DNA of 64,000 nucleotides from Klebsormidium nitens (Eukaryota; Plantae; Klebsormidiophyceae), in NCBI GenBank assembly GCA_000708835.1, contig DF237052.1, positions 124,001 to 188,000 of the forward strand. The letters are read 5' to 3'. Positions 1 through 19,740 of this stretch are shown here, piece by piece (position 1 is the stretch's first letter; each line of letters starts with the position of its first letter). The notes below the pieces were generated by a model, which saw only the letters and a program-made list of their open reading frames with translations, was not told where the DNA came from and searched no databases. Made by a program: the position numbers and the translations under genes.

Positions 1-34
1 CCTTCAAAGAAAATCAATGCAGTCTGGACTGTAC

Positions 35-133
35 CTCCAATGCTTGATCAGAAGGACTGATATCGCACAGTGCGTCACACCTGGCCGTTTGACCATCTTT
101 CTGCTTGGTTATCTCAGGATCTGAGCCCTTCAT
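35..133 (-). CDS. Possible first coding exon of a gene running off the left edge (MKGSDPEITKQKDGQTARCDALCDISPSDQALE)
   Basis: ATG at 133 opens 33 codons ending at a GTACAG donor. An upstream pyrimidine-rich acceptor (TTTTTACCAG, ~200-210) suggests a 5'UTR intron. No homology recognised. Confidence 0.25.
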
Positions 134-2374
134 GAGCCATCGGACGGTTCAGGACTTGTGGATCGGCATCGTTGGTCTTGGTCGAAGCGGCGAGATCTGG
201 TAAAAAGGGCGACAAGGTGCGGCCTGAGCTGTGAGGAACTTTGCTGATCCCGGCGACGAAAACAGCGAGGTAAGATTTGCAGAGTTTAGCCTCTTTTGAC
301 TTCTCATCTTGGACAAAAGGCTACTACTACTTGGGTTTGCGTTAGACCTGATACTGGTTGAAAGGTTGGTTCTGCACTAAAACACGTCATCGAACCGTCA
401 ATCTTGTCAAGAAGCAAGTCTGGGCAATACCATAGTGTCGAGCGGTAGCCGATAAACGCAAACCCCAAGCAAACCAAGCAAACCATCAAAGGTCGAGACT
501 TCAGCTTTGCATTGACGTCCACAAGCGCAGGGGTGCCTTTTTGCCTCCAATTCTGAGTCCCCCTTTATTGTCAATGTCAGGCTTGCACAACCACATCCTT
601 CTCGTAGGGCGAAATCTGCGGTCTTGATTTTTGATGTAAAGCAAATGCAAGGAAGAGCGACAACGCAAAAGGAAGCAAGGGAAAGCAAGTGTTGAAGTTT
701 TCGTTAGAGGTTCCAAGGTTTTGAAGTAGGACCGGGTTTTAAGAGACATATATTTAGGGCCTTGTACATAATAACCCGAAGGTCCACGCTTGCTGAGAGC
801 CTGCGCTTCTGGAGATGGTCCAAAAATACTCCGTTGGATACCCCCACTGAGCTACAACACGGACTTCAGCTGAGGTTGGACGGCCGACTCGCATAAACCT
901 GCGCTTGAAGGTGGCTGTGAAGTACGATGTGTTAGTTGTGTGCCATGTCAATGCATGAGTCATGCAATATCGCCTCCCTCATGTGCAACTTGCTGAATCA
1001 ATCACACTGAGCTCTTCAGCGGCTGAAACAACTAGATCTTCCAAATACTCTCATAGCCATATCTGGTGTGTGGTACGTCATCTTAGACTTAGCCTATGTA
1101 TATCTTAGTCGGCACCTGGGCGGTTTCTAATCTCTAGGCCCTTCTTGAGTACTGAAATAATACGTACGTGATGATCCAGATTGATCTTTGCAGCTTTGTC
1201 TCGTATCATCGTCCAATGTTGAAGCCAGACAGCTACCAAAATGGCGAGTCCCGTTGGTCGAGTGGTACAGTGCTCGACCTTCTCGCGGTGACATCACCGT
1301 GATGACTGTAACGTTGCCCACGCGTACATATCTACAAAAGGACAAGCTAGCGTTTGATCCTTGTTCTCGTCAACACGATCGCCTTCGTGCCGTTTGCATG
1401 GTGGGTGAGCAGGGGGAGGACCATCAACTTGGTCTAAGTTTGCAAAGAGCGGACCCGGTGAGGACCCGGTGTCTCCAGCTGACGAGCCCAGTGTGCTCAG
1501 ACGGTTCCCAAGTTTAGACAGCTCTACCAAATTGTCAAAATGGCAGGCTTGGCATGATCCTCCCATATGTGAACACCATGCTTCATCCTCAAACACCGTC
1601 CACGAATCCGGTCAGGTCATTCATGACGGTTTTGCACGGTTGTAACTTAAGACCAACCAAGGTCCCGCATGGCAATGCCAACATGACCGACCCTAGGCAT
1701 TGCAGGCTGTCTAATACTAACTTGGGACTAACGTACGTACCGTGTGTCTCACTATATTGCAGTCACTCATCATTGCTGGGCTAGTTGACCAAACATGCAA
1801 ATGAGCGGGGTTGAAAAGGTACGCGTTTAGTCATTTAGTAGTAGCCCCCTAGTAGCGGGTATATCGAGCTCTTGCTACGTCGTCGGAAAGCTGTCATGCG
1901 GGCTACTTAGTACTAGCCCTACAATGGCAATATCAATATACAAAGCGATTTGTTGGCCAAGCCAACTCAATGTCAAGTAGTGAGTGCCACAGCACCTCAA
2001 ATGTCAATGATACCTCAATGATACGACCGAAAGCGGCGGCCATGAAGAGATCCCCACGCCGGGCCCCCCCACGGCCTACGAAACTTGACATCGCCAATGG
2101 CCTCGCACCTAGTGTGCTCTGTACTGCTCGTGCGGCTCTATGATGGATAGCCATGCAGTCTGACTGCGCGCTGCCTGTGATATCGAAGCAGTCGTGATGC
2201 CTCATCTCCAATCTGACTCTCATCACCATGCATTGCTCTCAAAGCCGCAACGCGCTGTGCAGAGACTGCCAGTGGCATTGAACCAAGTTAGCTGGCCGGG
2301 CCCGCCGTGCTGGCCGCGCAAGACACGACCGTATATTCCGGGGGCCCCCGCCGCTGGCCCCCTCAGCCTGCCTG

Positions 2375-2622
2375 ATTGGCTAAATTTGAAGGCAATGATG
2401 GGTTTGTCAACGTGTCCATTCAATGTCCGGCCGATAGCCGACTGCAGATTGGTTTTGGAAGCTGCGTCACTATTACGTCAGAGTCGCGGTCAGATAGGCC
2501 GGAATTGGCGGATGCAGCCGGGCCGGGTCAGCCCAAGCAAACCTGATTTGCATGTACTGAAAACTTCAACCATTGGATCAAGACACCGCCGTCTGGTCCT
2601 GGTCTGGAGAACCCTCGATTGG
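2375..2622. promoter_or_regulatory. Cluster of five same-orientation CCAAT boxes (ATTGG on +) in a GC-rich intergenic region
   Basis: ATTGG at 2375, 2448, 2504, 2572 and 2618. Lies between the putative minus-strand gene at the left edge and the plus-strand gene starting ~3777. Confidence 0.35.
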
Positions 2623-3776
2623 TTCAAAATGGTTCATTGAACCAGACTTGAGTTAAAGCTTAAACCCGGCAGCCGACTTTGTAGGTTGGAGTTTGTTTTA
2701 ACTACCAACCGTGCAGTACGAACAATACGGATCCGACAGTATCCGACGGTACGGATTACGGTATTCCGTGTCGAACCCTAGAATCGCACGCATGATCGGC
2801 GCTCCCCCAGTGCGCTTGCCCGTCAACGCCGACCTACCGAAGAACGCGGACAAGGAAATCCAGCCTCTTATAGAAAGTAACCACACACAGTACGGGGCGC
2901 TGAACCTAAGAAACGGGAACACGTGGTCTGGGTACTTGTCTCTTGACGTTAACCACATTGGCGGGCGCTCTGACTGAGGCGATTTGTTTGGGGCGCTTGT
3001 GTCTTGCTTCCGAGTTCAGCTTCAGGCTTGATGGCAAGTCTGGGTCTGTTCGGGGGCACGCATATTGCGCATCCGTTTCTTTATCCTCAAGTTCAGTTGC
3101 TGTCAGATCAGAGCTTCCAACAGAGTGCAGATGCTTTGCTCCTGGCCGGGCGCGCCAGGAGATAATGGATTATCAAGATTAGATGTCTGCATGAAAGGAG
3201 GAGAACGCAGCCCCCGCGGAGCCGGATCATGAAGGCGTTCTCTTCGGTCAGCGCTGAAAACGCCCCCCTCTTGGGCGCTCTGCTAGAGCAAGTCAGCTGA
3301 CCAGCTAGCAAGCTTAGAGTCTGACAGGACCTCAGCGCCCCTACTCTTCCAACTCTTATGGCCACTGCCAAGATCACGCCCTTGATTCAGGGCAACTCAG
3401 ACTGCTACCTGAGGGCGATGGAAAGAGATAAGCTAGTAGCGCAGGAGAGAGACTTTCGGCTCTGTCCTTGGCTCCACTATTTTAGCGACCCTGCTTTGCA
3501 GTTGGTCTTCACTTTCAAAGCTCACAGTTCTCCAGCACCACCAAAGTGAAGGGACGCCCCTTCAGCTCATTCTCTCAGCTCACTTCTCCTCCTCAGCTCG
3601 CCGGCATTGCCAAAGGCGACAAGTGTTGACAACCTTTCAGCCGCAACAGCTTTCAGGGCAGCTCAAGTGCTCTTCTCAGCTCTTCTTTCTGCACGCGTAT
3701 ACAAACCACGGGTCCCGCCAAGCGACAAGGAGGGATGGGGGGTCTTCGCACCGTCCGTTCCCAGACCGCCGTCGAC

Positions 3777-5630
3777 ATGGACGGCTTTCCTGCCTTCTCG
3801 GGGGAGATCAAAGGGGGGGGTTCCGTGCTCGTTTTTGCGATTACGACCGCCTCAAAAGCTGCCAAGCGGTTAGACCGGCTGCACTTTCACGGCCTGCCAA
3901 AGCTCCGGAAGAACATCAGCCTTGGGAAGTTGTTAGCACAGCTGGCGGGAAGTGCGCTGAGCAACACGGTGTGGAGCATTCGGACGGTGCGCACGATCCT
4001 GGCGTTCGCGCTGCTGGTCATCCTCATGCGGCAGACATGTGAGTGGACTTGCAATTCTTCATCTGCTGAGCTGTCCAGCAACTGAGAGGGCTGAGGTTCG
4101 GTGCGGTTGCCTCATTAGTGTTCCTGAGAGCGCAGTGCATGGAAGGGTGTTGGTTTTGGAGCACAGACAAGCCTGAGGTGTGCCTGTACACCAGTAGTAA
4201 ATGAGCGCGAATGAGCTTTAGCTGACACAGCAAATCTGTCACATCACCTGATGCCAACGCAAGCCTCCAGTGCTCTTCTCACACTTGTCTTGCATGGCAA
4301 ACCCAACCTCTGTAGCCTAGTTTACCCTGCACTTGATAACTCTCTCTGACCCTGCTTTGAACCATCCTCTGCAGTTGCACCGAACGCAGGCGGCAGAGGA
4401 GTCTCCCAGAGGAACCTCGATTGGATGGCCGACTTTGGTCCCCGCATCGACGCAGGCTACTTCTGCAGCAGACACGAGGCCAACCAGTCCCTCGTCATTA
4501 GCAGCCCCCAGCACTTGAAACGGTCCCTTGCCCCGTCTGCCGGTCTCTTCCTTTCCCCGCCTCCCCCTAACAAAGCTCACCTTGAGTCCCCCCCGCCGAC
4601 GCTTTCCTGGTTTGGACTGAGGCCGAGCACGTGGACTGGGGAGAGCTCTCCTATTGAGATGCTGCCAGTGGACTGTGAGGGGAGTGCGCCAGACAAGTTT
4701 TACTGCTGCTCGGTGAGTGTACTAAGCTTCGGCATGTTGGTCTGAGCTCTGTGATTGCCAGTCTTGAATCCCTGAAGCTTAAATCCAGTCAGAACTTGTC
4801 TTGCTAGACAAGTTGACTGCATCTGCTGCTTGACCCGGAACAGGATGTAACGTGCTTCTGGCTAATGGCCTCTGATTGACAAGTCTGGGATTTCAGCCTT
4901 CGTTTACAGGACAGCAACAGATAGAGGAAGGAAGGAAAGTAGGACTTGATATTGTCTATGGCTATTCCCCATGCCCTCACTATGGACAACTTGGACCCTG
5001 GCTGACCGTCTCAATCTCTCCCTTTCAGGAGGTGCGCAAGCTGATGGGAGCTCTGAGGGGCGCTGGAGTGACGTCAGCTGGGGGCCTGACACAGTGCATG
5101 TCCCAAGTGAAATCGATGCTGGCAGGCCACGTGACGATCGACACGCTGGGGTATTGCGGAGTTGACGTCAACGAGTACGTCAGCCCGAGCCGGGTGGAGC
5201 ATGTGCTGACAATGCTGCGGCCAGAGGCCTATGGACACGTGAGTTGCTTCCCATACTTCTGCGTTATCCTGGTCTTTGGTCGGTCGGAGTTCTTAACTGT
5301 CTGGTGATTAAACTTGCTGTGCATGCTTGCTTCTCAGATCGAGGTCATTGACGAATCAATGAGGCTAGAGATGCCTTCGAAAACCCTTGAACTGCTCGTA
5401 CGACTGTCCTGTCCTTGTAGAAAAGTTCGTTTCAACTAAAGCTGGAAGTAGTGTGCTGCCCCTGATGCCTTCATGCAGAATATGGGATCGATGCTAACCG
5501 GACTCCTTTTTCCTTGCAGGAACCCATTGCACTGAAGGATGATCAGTTCACGTTGCCCGACCGGGTGGTCCAAAAGGCGCAAAGCTCAGGGCTGAGGAGC
5601 AGGCGGTTGACTCTGGGTGCGTCTCGGTGA
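3777..5630 (+). CDS. Hypothetical protein, ~328 aa, one hydrophobic segment (TILAFALLVILM), 5 exons
   Basis: Exons 3777-4038, 4375-4712, 5029-5238, 5338-5397, 5520-5630 join in frame with GT-AG sites (three GTGAGT donors). Contains NLDWMADFGPRIDAGYFCSRHEANQSL and DTLGYCGVDVNEYVSP. An in-frame upstream ATG at 3735 is an alternative start. The last two exons are less certain. Family not recognised. Confidence 0.6.
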
Positions 5631-7196
5631 CCCTAGTGCTGCGGCAACTCGTTGATCCTTATAAAAGGTTTCGTCCGTGTTGAAAGCGCCTTCACTACGA
5701 GGTTGCACGAGGTTATTTGTACCATAACATTGAATTGAGAGTAAAGCTAGCAGTGAAATCAGCTCGGAGTCTAACCACAATCGTCGTGGTAATGACGAGT
5801 TAACAAGAGCGGGTTAAGTGTTGTGGTGGGCTTCCAGTGGCAACTACAAACTGGAGGCTTGCTTTAGGTTAACCACTGGAAGCAAGCAAGCAAGTTACAT
5901 GTTCGAGCAACGCAAACACAGGTCCACATTCGTGAAGAGCTCAAATGCCTTCGCATAAAACTAGGACTGACATATGGCACGAAGTGAAGAGAAGCTCATT
6001 GGTGCGGTAGGTCCTGTTCTCGATCTCATCAAGTCACAGAGATATGCACGGTGCATGACCCGTCATGACAAGTGATTTCTGGTGATGCCGTCACTCCCGC
6101 AGCCCATGTATGTGTATATCCACAAGTCTTCCGATATTTTCACTGAGCGTGACATATGTGAATACATTTGATGCCAGTTCCGAATGCACATCGCACCATT
6201 CAGATTTTGGCAGCCCTTGTCCTTGACTAGTATTCTGTGCAGTGGGCCCAAGCGACCGAGAAATCGTCGTAGCCGGTCTATTTGACACGACATATCATCT
6301 GGTATACGCATTGCAAAGGTTCGATTGCGAAAGTACATCCCTTTGTGCGCGGATGTGCTAGTATTCAACTCCTTCGGTGGCTCGGTGCATGATCAATGCC
6401 ACTCTGCGGTTTGTACCTGTGAAGGTAGTACAGCGCGTGTTCAGCCTTGAAGTATTAATGGAACACTGATTTACTCCAGATCATCCGGAAGATATATTCG
6501 AGGATTCGAAGTATAGAATCTAGCTGGTAAATGTATGAGCTTCGGCTGGCCGAAGCCTTCTACCTAGTAAATGGGACACATCCACGTCTAGCTCGCCAGG
6601 CGCTCGCCGGGCGGCCCAAGAACAATCAGAACAATGACGTTAGCCCAGCTTGTCATGCGCAGCTTATTTTCTTGCACACCATGCTAAGTTCGTAACGAAT
6701 TGATCATGAAGAACGATGTTTTCCACTCAATCGCACATGACGTGGGAATCCACCTGCCAACCAGTGCCAAGCCGATGTGAATGAAGCCGGCCCGGGGTGT
6801 TGCGGAACATGATGTGAGTCGAGCGGTATCCTCGGCAGCTCTCGGCAAATATGCTAGTGACCGTACTTTTGTTCAACAAGTTTCGACAGCGTTCGCTGGT
6901 CGCAACACTTGTCGCAAAGCCAAGATGAGTCAAATTGCACTTGACTTGCATTCATTTGCAGTTGCAGCTCTAAAAGTTCGCCATTCCGCTTTGCAAAAAA
7001 ATTCTGCTCGTTCTTCCCTCGTTCTTCAATCGGACGATCGGACGAATTGGCTGGTTTGAGTCCCGGTTGAGTCGCCCACCATTGAATTCTAACCGTCCAT
7101 ATATGCAACGAGGGGATGCGAGCCGTCCGATAGTACTCATAGTACTTTCAGTGAGTCTGGCAACTCTAGCTCGACAGCTTTCACTAACTTATAGGC

Positions 7197-7294
7197 ACCC
7201 GGGGGACGGGTGGGGTTAGTTTGGGGGTTAGGGTCGGTACCGGTGCGGAGCGGGTCATGTTTTAGGTTAGAGTTTTTAGTTGAGGTGCCCGGGG
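7197..7294 (+). repeat. Dispersed ~100-bp G-rich telomere-like element, copy 1
   Basis: Core CCCGGGGGACGGGTGGGGTTAGTTTGGGGGTTAGGGT...GGTGCGGAGC...GGTTAGAGTTTT...CCCGGG shared with 30346-30442 and 36271-36367. Flanked by the 12-bp inverted repeat GCTTTCACTAAC (7177-7188) / GTTAGTGAAAGC (7320-7331). Confidence 0.7.
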
Positions 7295-7772
7295 CTCCTG
7301 TATCCTTGTGAAAGCTCCGGTTAGTGAAAGCACCTGACCTGAAGCTCCAAGCAATCTGGGCCGTTCGGTCAGGGCGTTGAAAGTGACGGTGTGAAAGGAG
7401 ACACGCTCTCTCCGCAGGTGAAGTTTCGACGCTTTTGAGCGAGCGGATAGAAACTTGAAAGCGTGCAAGCCAACTGGTGTTTCTGAAGCAGCAAAGGGAA
7501 AGGCAGAAGTCTAAGCAAAAGCGCAGAGCCTTTCCTTGGCAGCTTTTACGTGCCACAGTACTAGTAGTATTTATCAGCGCTTGGCCTACTCAGGTTTGTC
7601 CTCAGGTTTGCCCAATAGTACGGGGCTTTCTTTGTTGGTTGCGTGATCCCGGTGGTGAAGCTGACTCAGTACCTTTTGTCGGGTGGGCTACTAGAAATCT
7701 ACAACTACAAAACCTGCTGTTTCTGTTTCCTCAGCAGAGTGCCTCTGTTGCTCCTGGTGTGGGGTAGCCAAA

Positions 7773-15320
<7,548 letters not shown>

Positions 15321-15972
15321 TTGAAAGCCCTTCTTCAGAATTGAGTTCGAATCTTGGATCAGGGTTGACATTCGATTGTCAAGTGTTGCCGAAGTCCCGT
15401 CATTCTTTCATTTGAAGGTATAGCTAGTACGAACATTCTTAGGTCATGTGGGTTGCCGGACTGCACTAGCGGTGCCTATGCAGGAGTAGGGCAAGCCGTC
15501 TGGATCTTTGCAACTTAGCTTACAATCTGAACTCGCGCATGGTACCTAGTTGGAACTCAGAAAACATTTGGTATAAGGACTGTGATGAACCTACTGATCG
15601 GAATTTCCACCATCAGGGTCTTGTGCCCTTCACATGAGTCGGCCGAAATATCAAGGAAAAGCTTTTTGGAGTTGGCATTGCCGGGACACGTTGGGTCATC
15701 AAGCATATACCATGTCCGCATGGTCTCGGCATGTGAACTTCAATATCTTCAATATCATTGAATTGCCAGAACGGACGGGTCTTCCTTAAGCATCATCCAT
15801 GCATTAGTGGCTTGCTATGCACGGCATGTGCAATTAATTCTAGTACGGTATGTGACCACCGGGCGCTTGGTATGCAGACATGATGACAGCTGTGTGCCTT
15901 AATTCTACTAGGCACATGCGTGCTACAGCAGAGCTAGAAACCATTGGATACTAACGACCATCCATCGAGTGA

Positions 15973-18837
15973 TCACGTCCTTGCACTGGCTGTTGTACCA
16001 TCGTCTTCGACCAATACGACCCCCTCATCCGTCTCAATTGCCCTCCCTATCTTCATGAGACCACCTACCGCCTTTTTGAAACCGGATTTTGTCAATTGCA
16101 ATTTGGCAGCAATCTCTTGCGGCGGGGATTTGCTATTTAGGGGAATGAAACCGCCATAGATGATGAGCTGTTCTTCTAGGTATGCCTTGTCGGCTTCATA
16201 CTGCGCGGCTCCGAACGCCCGTAAGGAGACGTCCACCTGACAGGAAATGCATACAGCTTTCAGATATCACGATAAACGATTCAAGGTTCTGAAGAGCGTT
16301 CTGATCGAGCGGCTCAGACCGGCTCCAAGCAGACTTGAACGGTTGAAGAAGGAGGAGGAAAGTACGATTGACTTTGTAAATGATAGGCAGTAAAGGCGCC
16401 GGGAGGGATGGACTCAATTGTCATTGAGAAGACCTGGGTTCTTGGGCCCGACTCAACTCGAAGATCCGCTTCGAATCCAAGCAATCTGGGTAGAAATTGG
16501 AGGCTTTGAACGAAAAAACCCACTTAACCCAATGCCTCTGGTAGTCAAGAGAGACACAAGCTTCATTAACCTGTATGTATATTGCCCGGCCCAAACGCAG
16601 AACTCTGACTCAAGCAGCAAACTTCAAGAGAGCAGGATAGGTAGCACAAGAACAACCTGCCATACCTTCGATGTACACATTTGCACGATTCCTCACATGC
16701 TGAATGTTGAACGCATGACTGGCACCCCTCAAACCCTCAAAGGTCAAGTTGCCCCATACCGACCGCTTGACAGTGTTCTTCACACATTTTGAGCATAGCA
16801 TCGACTCTCCTATGCCATGCACGGTCTGTAGTGATTCAAGCCGCCTCAATCAGTCCCACCCGTTCCCTCGACTCCTTCTGAAGGACTCAGTGTGCTCCTT
16901 GAAAGAAAGTACGAAGAATACGAAACCATTACGAAGAATCCGAAGCTATTCCAAACAATCCAAAGGCAAAAGATCAACCCGAAGTTTCTCACCTTGTCGT
17001 CGTCCCTGATCTTGAACACCCACCCCTTCATCACGTCCCCAATCTCGATCCTGTCCCTTCCGTACAGTTCCATCTGGTCCTTATACACAAGCCCGTCGTA
17101 TCCCCCCCGGATAATCACTCTCATCCCCAGGGGGGTAAATTGGTACACCTTGAAGTCTATTTGCTGCCCCCACTCCAGATCCCTTGAAGCTGACGGCCCC
17201 TCATTTCCAACGTCCTCCCCCTCTAGTCCGCTACTTTGTCTCCTTAAGCCGCCAAAAACTTGCTGGGGGATTTCACCCCGCGGTTCCCCCTTCACCCACG
17301 GCTGCCGGTCCTGCTCGGTGTGAATGCGCCCCGGACGCTTATACTCCTTTTTGATCACGTCCTTCTTCCGCTCGGTTATCCCCCGGGTTTCAGAAACCTG
17401 ACTCCGTAATCCCGGCACACGGTCCCGTACCCCATATTTCCGCTCGCTCGTATCCAAACGCTCTTCGCCTACAACAGATGCACTTTGGGAAACCTCCTCT
17501 CGAACCCCGAAAACTTTCCGCCGCACTTCATCTCCACTCTCCGACACTTTTTCTTCTCTCCTCGTGTAATCAAAATCGCTTTCGGGTTTGGTTTTGTCGA
17601 TACTGAACCGCCGGCTTCTTTGCACTGGTTCCCGGACAGGATATAGGTCGTCAGCCTCGAGCCGGTCGTCCTCCGCATATGACGGTGGCTGCTTGGGCTT
17701 CCAAACCTGGCAAAAAAAGTAGGCAAAAGAGTCCGCTAAGACTTGTTTCTTACTTTTTAGGAAGCCAAAAGCTGGCAATCCAAAATAGAGAAGAGCATCA
17801 CAGGTATTTAATGGCTTTGTCACACCACTTGGCAAAGGTTCGCCCACTCGACAACAACAGTCTATGTTCGATGATTGGCAACAGGCCGAAAGCAAGATCC
17901 CGTTCGCAGCGAAGACTTTGCTTAGACTTTGCTTAGAATAACCATATAATTGCCACAGAAGTTACCTGCAGCCCCAAAGGCAAGAAACTGCTCCTCACGT
18001 CCGCACCAATTAGTAAGAGCTCAGTAGGAAAAAGCGCACGATCGGCCAAAATGGGCGAGGAGGCAGGTGTGCCAAAGAGCGATTCAAGAGAAGTAGACAG
18101 GGCCCCATAGGCCTTTGATTGACAAGCACACCAGTTCTGGAAACCTAGTGAGCATGTGTGAAGTTCGACCAAATGGTGGTACATAGCAGGATCCCCGAAT
18201 ACGTCAGAGAATCAACCAAATCTACTTCACACGGTAGGTAGTGGACTTTAAGGGCGAAGCTTCTGGGAATCATGAATCTCAAACCCTAACCCTAAAATGG
18301 ATCAGGGACTCCGTGCGGTGGTCTTTATAAAAAATGTAGTGCGCCTACTTACTTCCAAACCAAGAAACTGTTCTTCAGAATGAGCACCGGTTCATAAATT
18401 GCAGGAAACACAATGCAGCTCACCCTTTTTGTCTTGGTCCCCCATGTGCTTGGCTTTGAGAACTTTCCCCACCCCCTGAATGATTTTGATCCCCCCTCGC
18501 CGTCCTCAAACCCGCCTCTCCTGCTTGGACCACCTCTATCCATCTCATCATCAGATCCACCATCTTGGTAACGGTCTTGGTAACGGTCCGCCTGCACGCC
18601 CGCCCCTCCATACTCGTTTCTCGCTCTTTCTGAATATGAGGCCCTTGCGAGGGTTTGCACCCTTAGAGGCTCCCTGTGACGACCTAGTGGCTCAGGGACG
18701 CTGAATGTGCTTGAGCTTTGAGAAAATGACTGGCCATTTGACAAACCCTCGAGCGGCGAGGTATGCAACTGCCTGCAGAGCGAACACCTTCCGGCAAACC
18801 ACAAGTGCCTCGAAAGCAGCCTCTGCGCAGACGCCAT
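15973..18837 (-). CDS. cvfB-like: CvfB/YitL-like S1 + winged-helix RNA-binding protein with organelle (mitochondrial-like) presequence, ~463 aa, 3 exons
   Basis: Exons 18424-18837, 16993-17706, 15973-16236, all phase 0, GT-AG. S1-like region GQQIDFKVYQFTPLGMRVII...GLVY...IGDVMKGWVFKIRDDDKVDVSLR. The C-terminal GGFIPLNSKSPPQEIAAKLQLTKSGFKKAVGGLMK...DEGVVLV matches the CvfB winged-helix pattern (GFLPLxDKSxPEEI...SKKxFKKAIGxL) as I recall it. N-terminus MASAQRLLSRHLWFAGRCSLCRQLHTS is rich in R/S/L and has no acidic residues. Confidence 0.85.
18281..18296. promoter_or_regulatory. Telo-box (AAACCCTAACCCTAAA) in intron 1 of the CvfB-like gene
   Basis: Exact AAACCCTAA telo-box motif with an extra partial unit. 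Such motifs are known from 5' regions of plant translation-related genes. Function here is inferred only. Confidence 0.4.
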
Positions 18838-19740
18838 GGGGAGTGATTCACCAATCAAGCAATCTGCTCCTGCACCTCTCGGCCGTGTTGCCGGATGAAA
18901 ACCTACGGTAAGCCACTGCTTTTCGCCCCAAACTTCGCCAGCTGCCAGTAATTCGAGTTCTGCTCAGCTGCCTGAGCGGAACAATTTCAAGTTTTGGCGG
19001 GACGCCTAGCCTGGACGTCTTTGCTGCTCGCAAATTTGCCCGTATCTTGGTACGCGTATAGCTAAATGTTGTCAGCAATTATCAATGGACATATGTCGTA
19101 TGATGTGATGTACCGGGCAGCTTTTGGGAAACCAGTCAGGGTAGATCTGAGACATAAAGTTATTCAAGCATGTTCTAAGTTCTCGGAACCATCTACCGGG
19201 CTGGCCGAGATTGCTTCGGATGCGGCAGGAACAACCCGCGTATCGCGCTCTAGGCCGCAATATACGCCCACCCAATAGGTGGATGGCGACCAGTCACCAC
19301 TCATCGACTGACTCTGACGAAGCTCTGCGGATCGCAATGTGGGCAAGTTGGATTGGCAGAGCTTCCGCCCAATTGAAACGCAGAACGTTGTTGACTTCAT
19401 GACGATCTCCGAGTCTTGAAGATCATAACAAACGCTTTTGGAAAAGTCAAGCAGGATCCTCGTTGCCTTGAACAAGGAGCATCCGTCAGTTGCCGCGCCG
19501 ATGGGGGCATGGGTGAAGAGCAGCAGCAGGAAATGAAGCTGTTTGTGATCAAAGAGGAACCAACATGACATGAAATTCTCGACGTGCAGTTCGTCACCAT
19601 TCGATTGTCGTATGGCCAGACGAAAGCCAAGATTGGCCAGGTCAAACAAACCAAGAGAAACCTGGTCATGTCAGTTGCAATAGCGCGTTGGTGACACATC
19701 AGAAAAACGTCGAAGAACGAGGTTTTTCTTACGAGGTGCG

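Noticed and set aside
133-204. Plus-strand mini-ORF MSHRTVQDLWIGIVGLGRSGEIW with a GxGxxG-like motif
   Set aside because: Only 23 codons, with no continuing dehydrogenase exons found. Likely chance.
2291-2312. GGCCGGG(C)CCGCCGTGC match to the reverse complement of 30601-30622
   Set aside because: A 16-17 nt GC-rich match with no extended homology, too short to call a repeat family.
1127-3549. Numerous 60-150 aa ORFs in the left intergenic region
   Set aside because: They overlap on both strands and show no recognisable domains or consistent splice structure. No transposase or reverse-transcriptase motifs were seen.
19509-19694. TGA read-through joining the 19-aa uORF to a downstream 41-codon stretch
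   Set aside because: No homology or recoding signal is evident, and an open stretch of this length is expected by chance.
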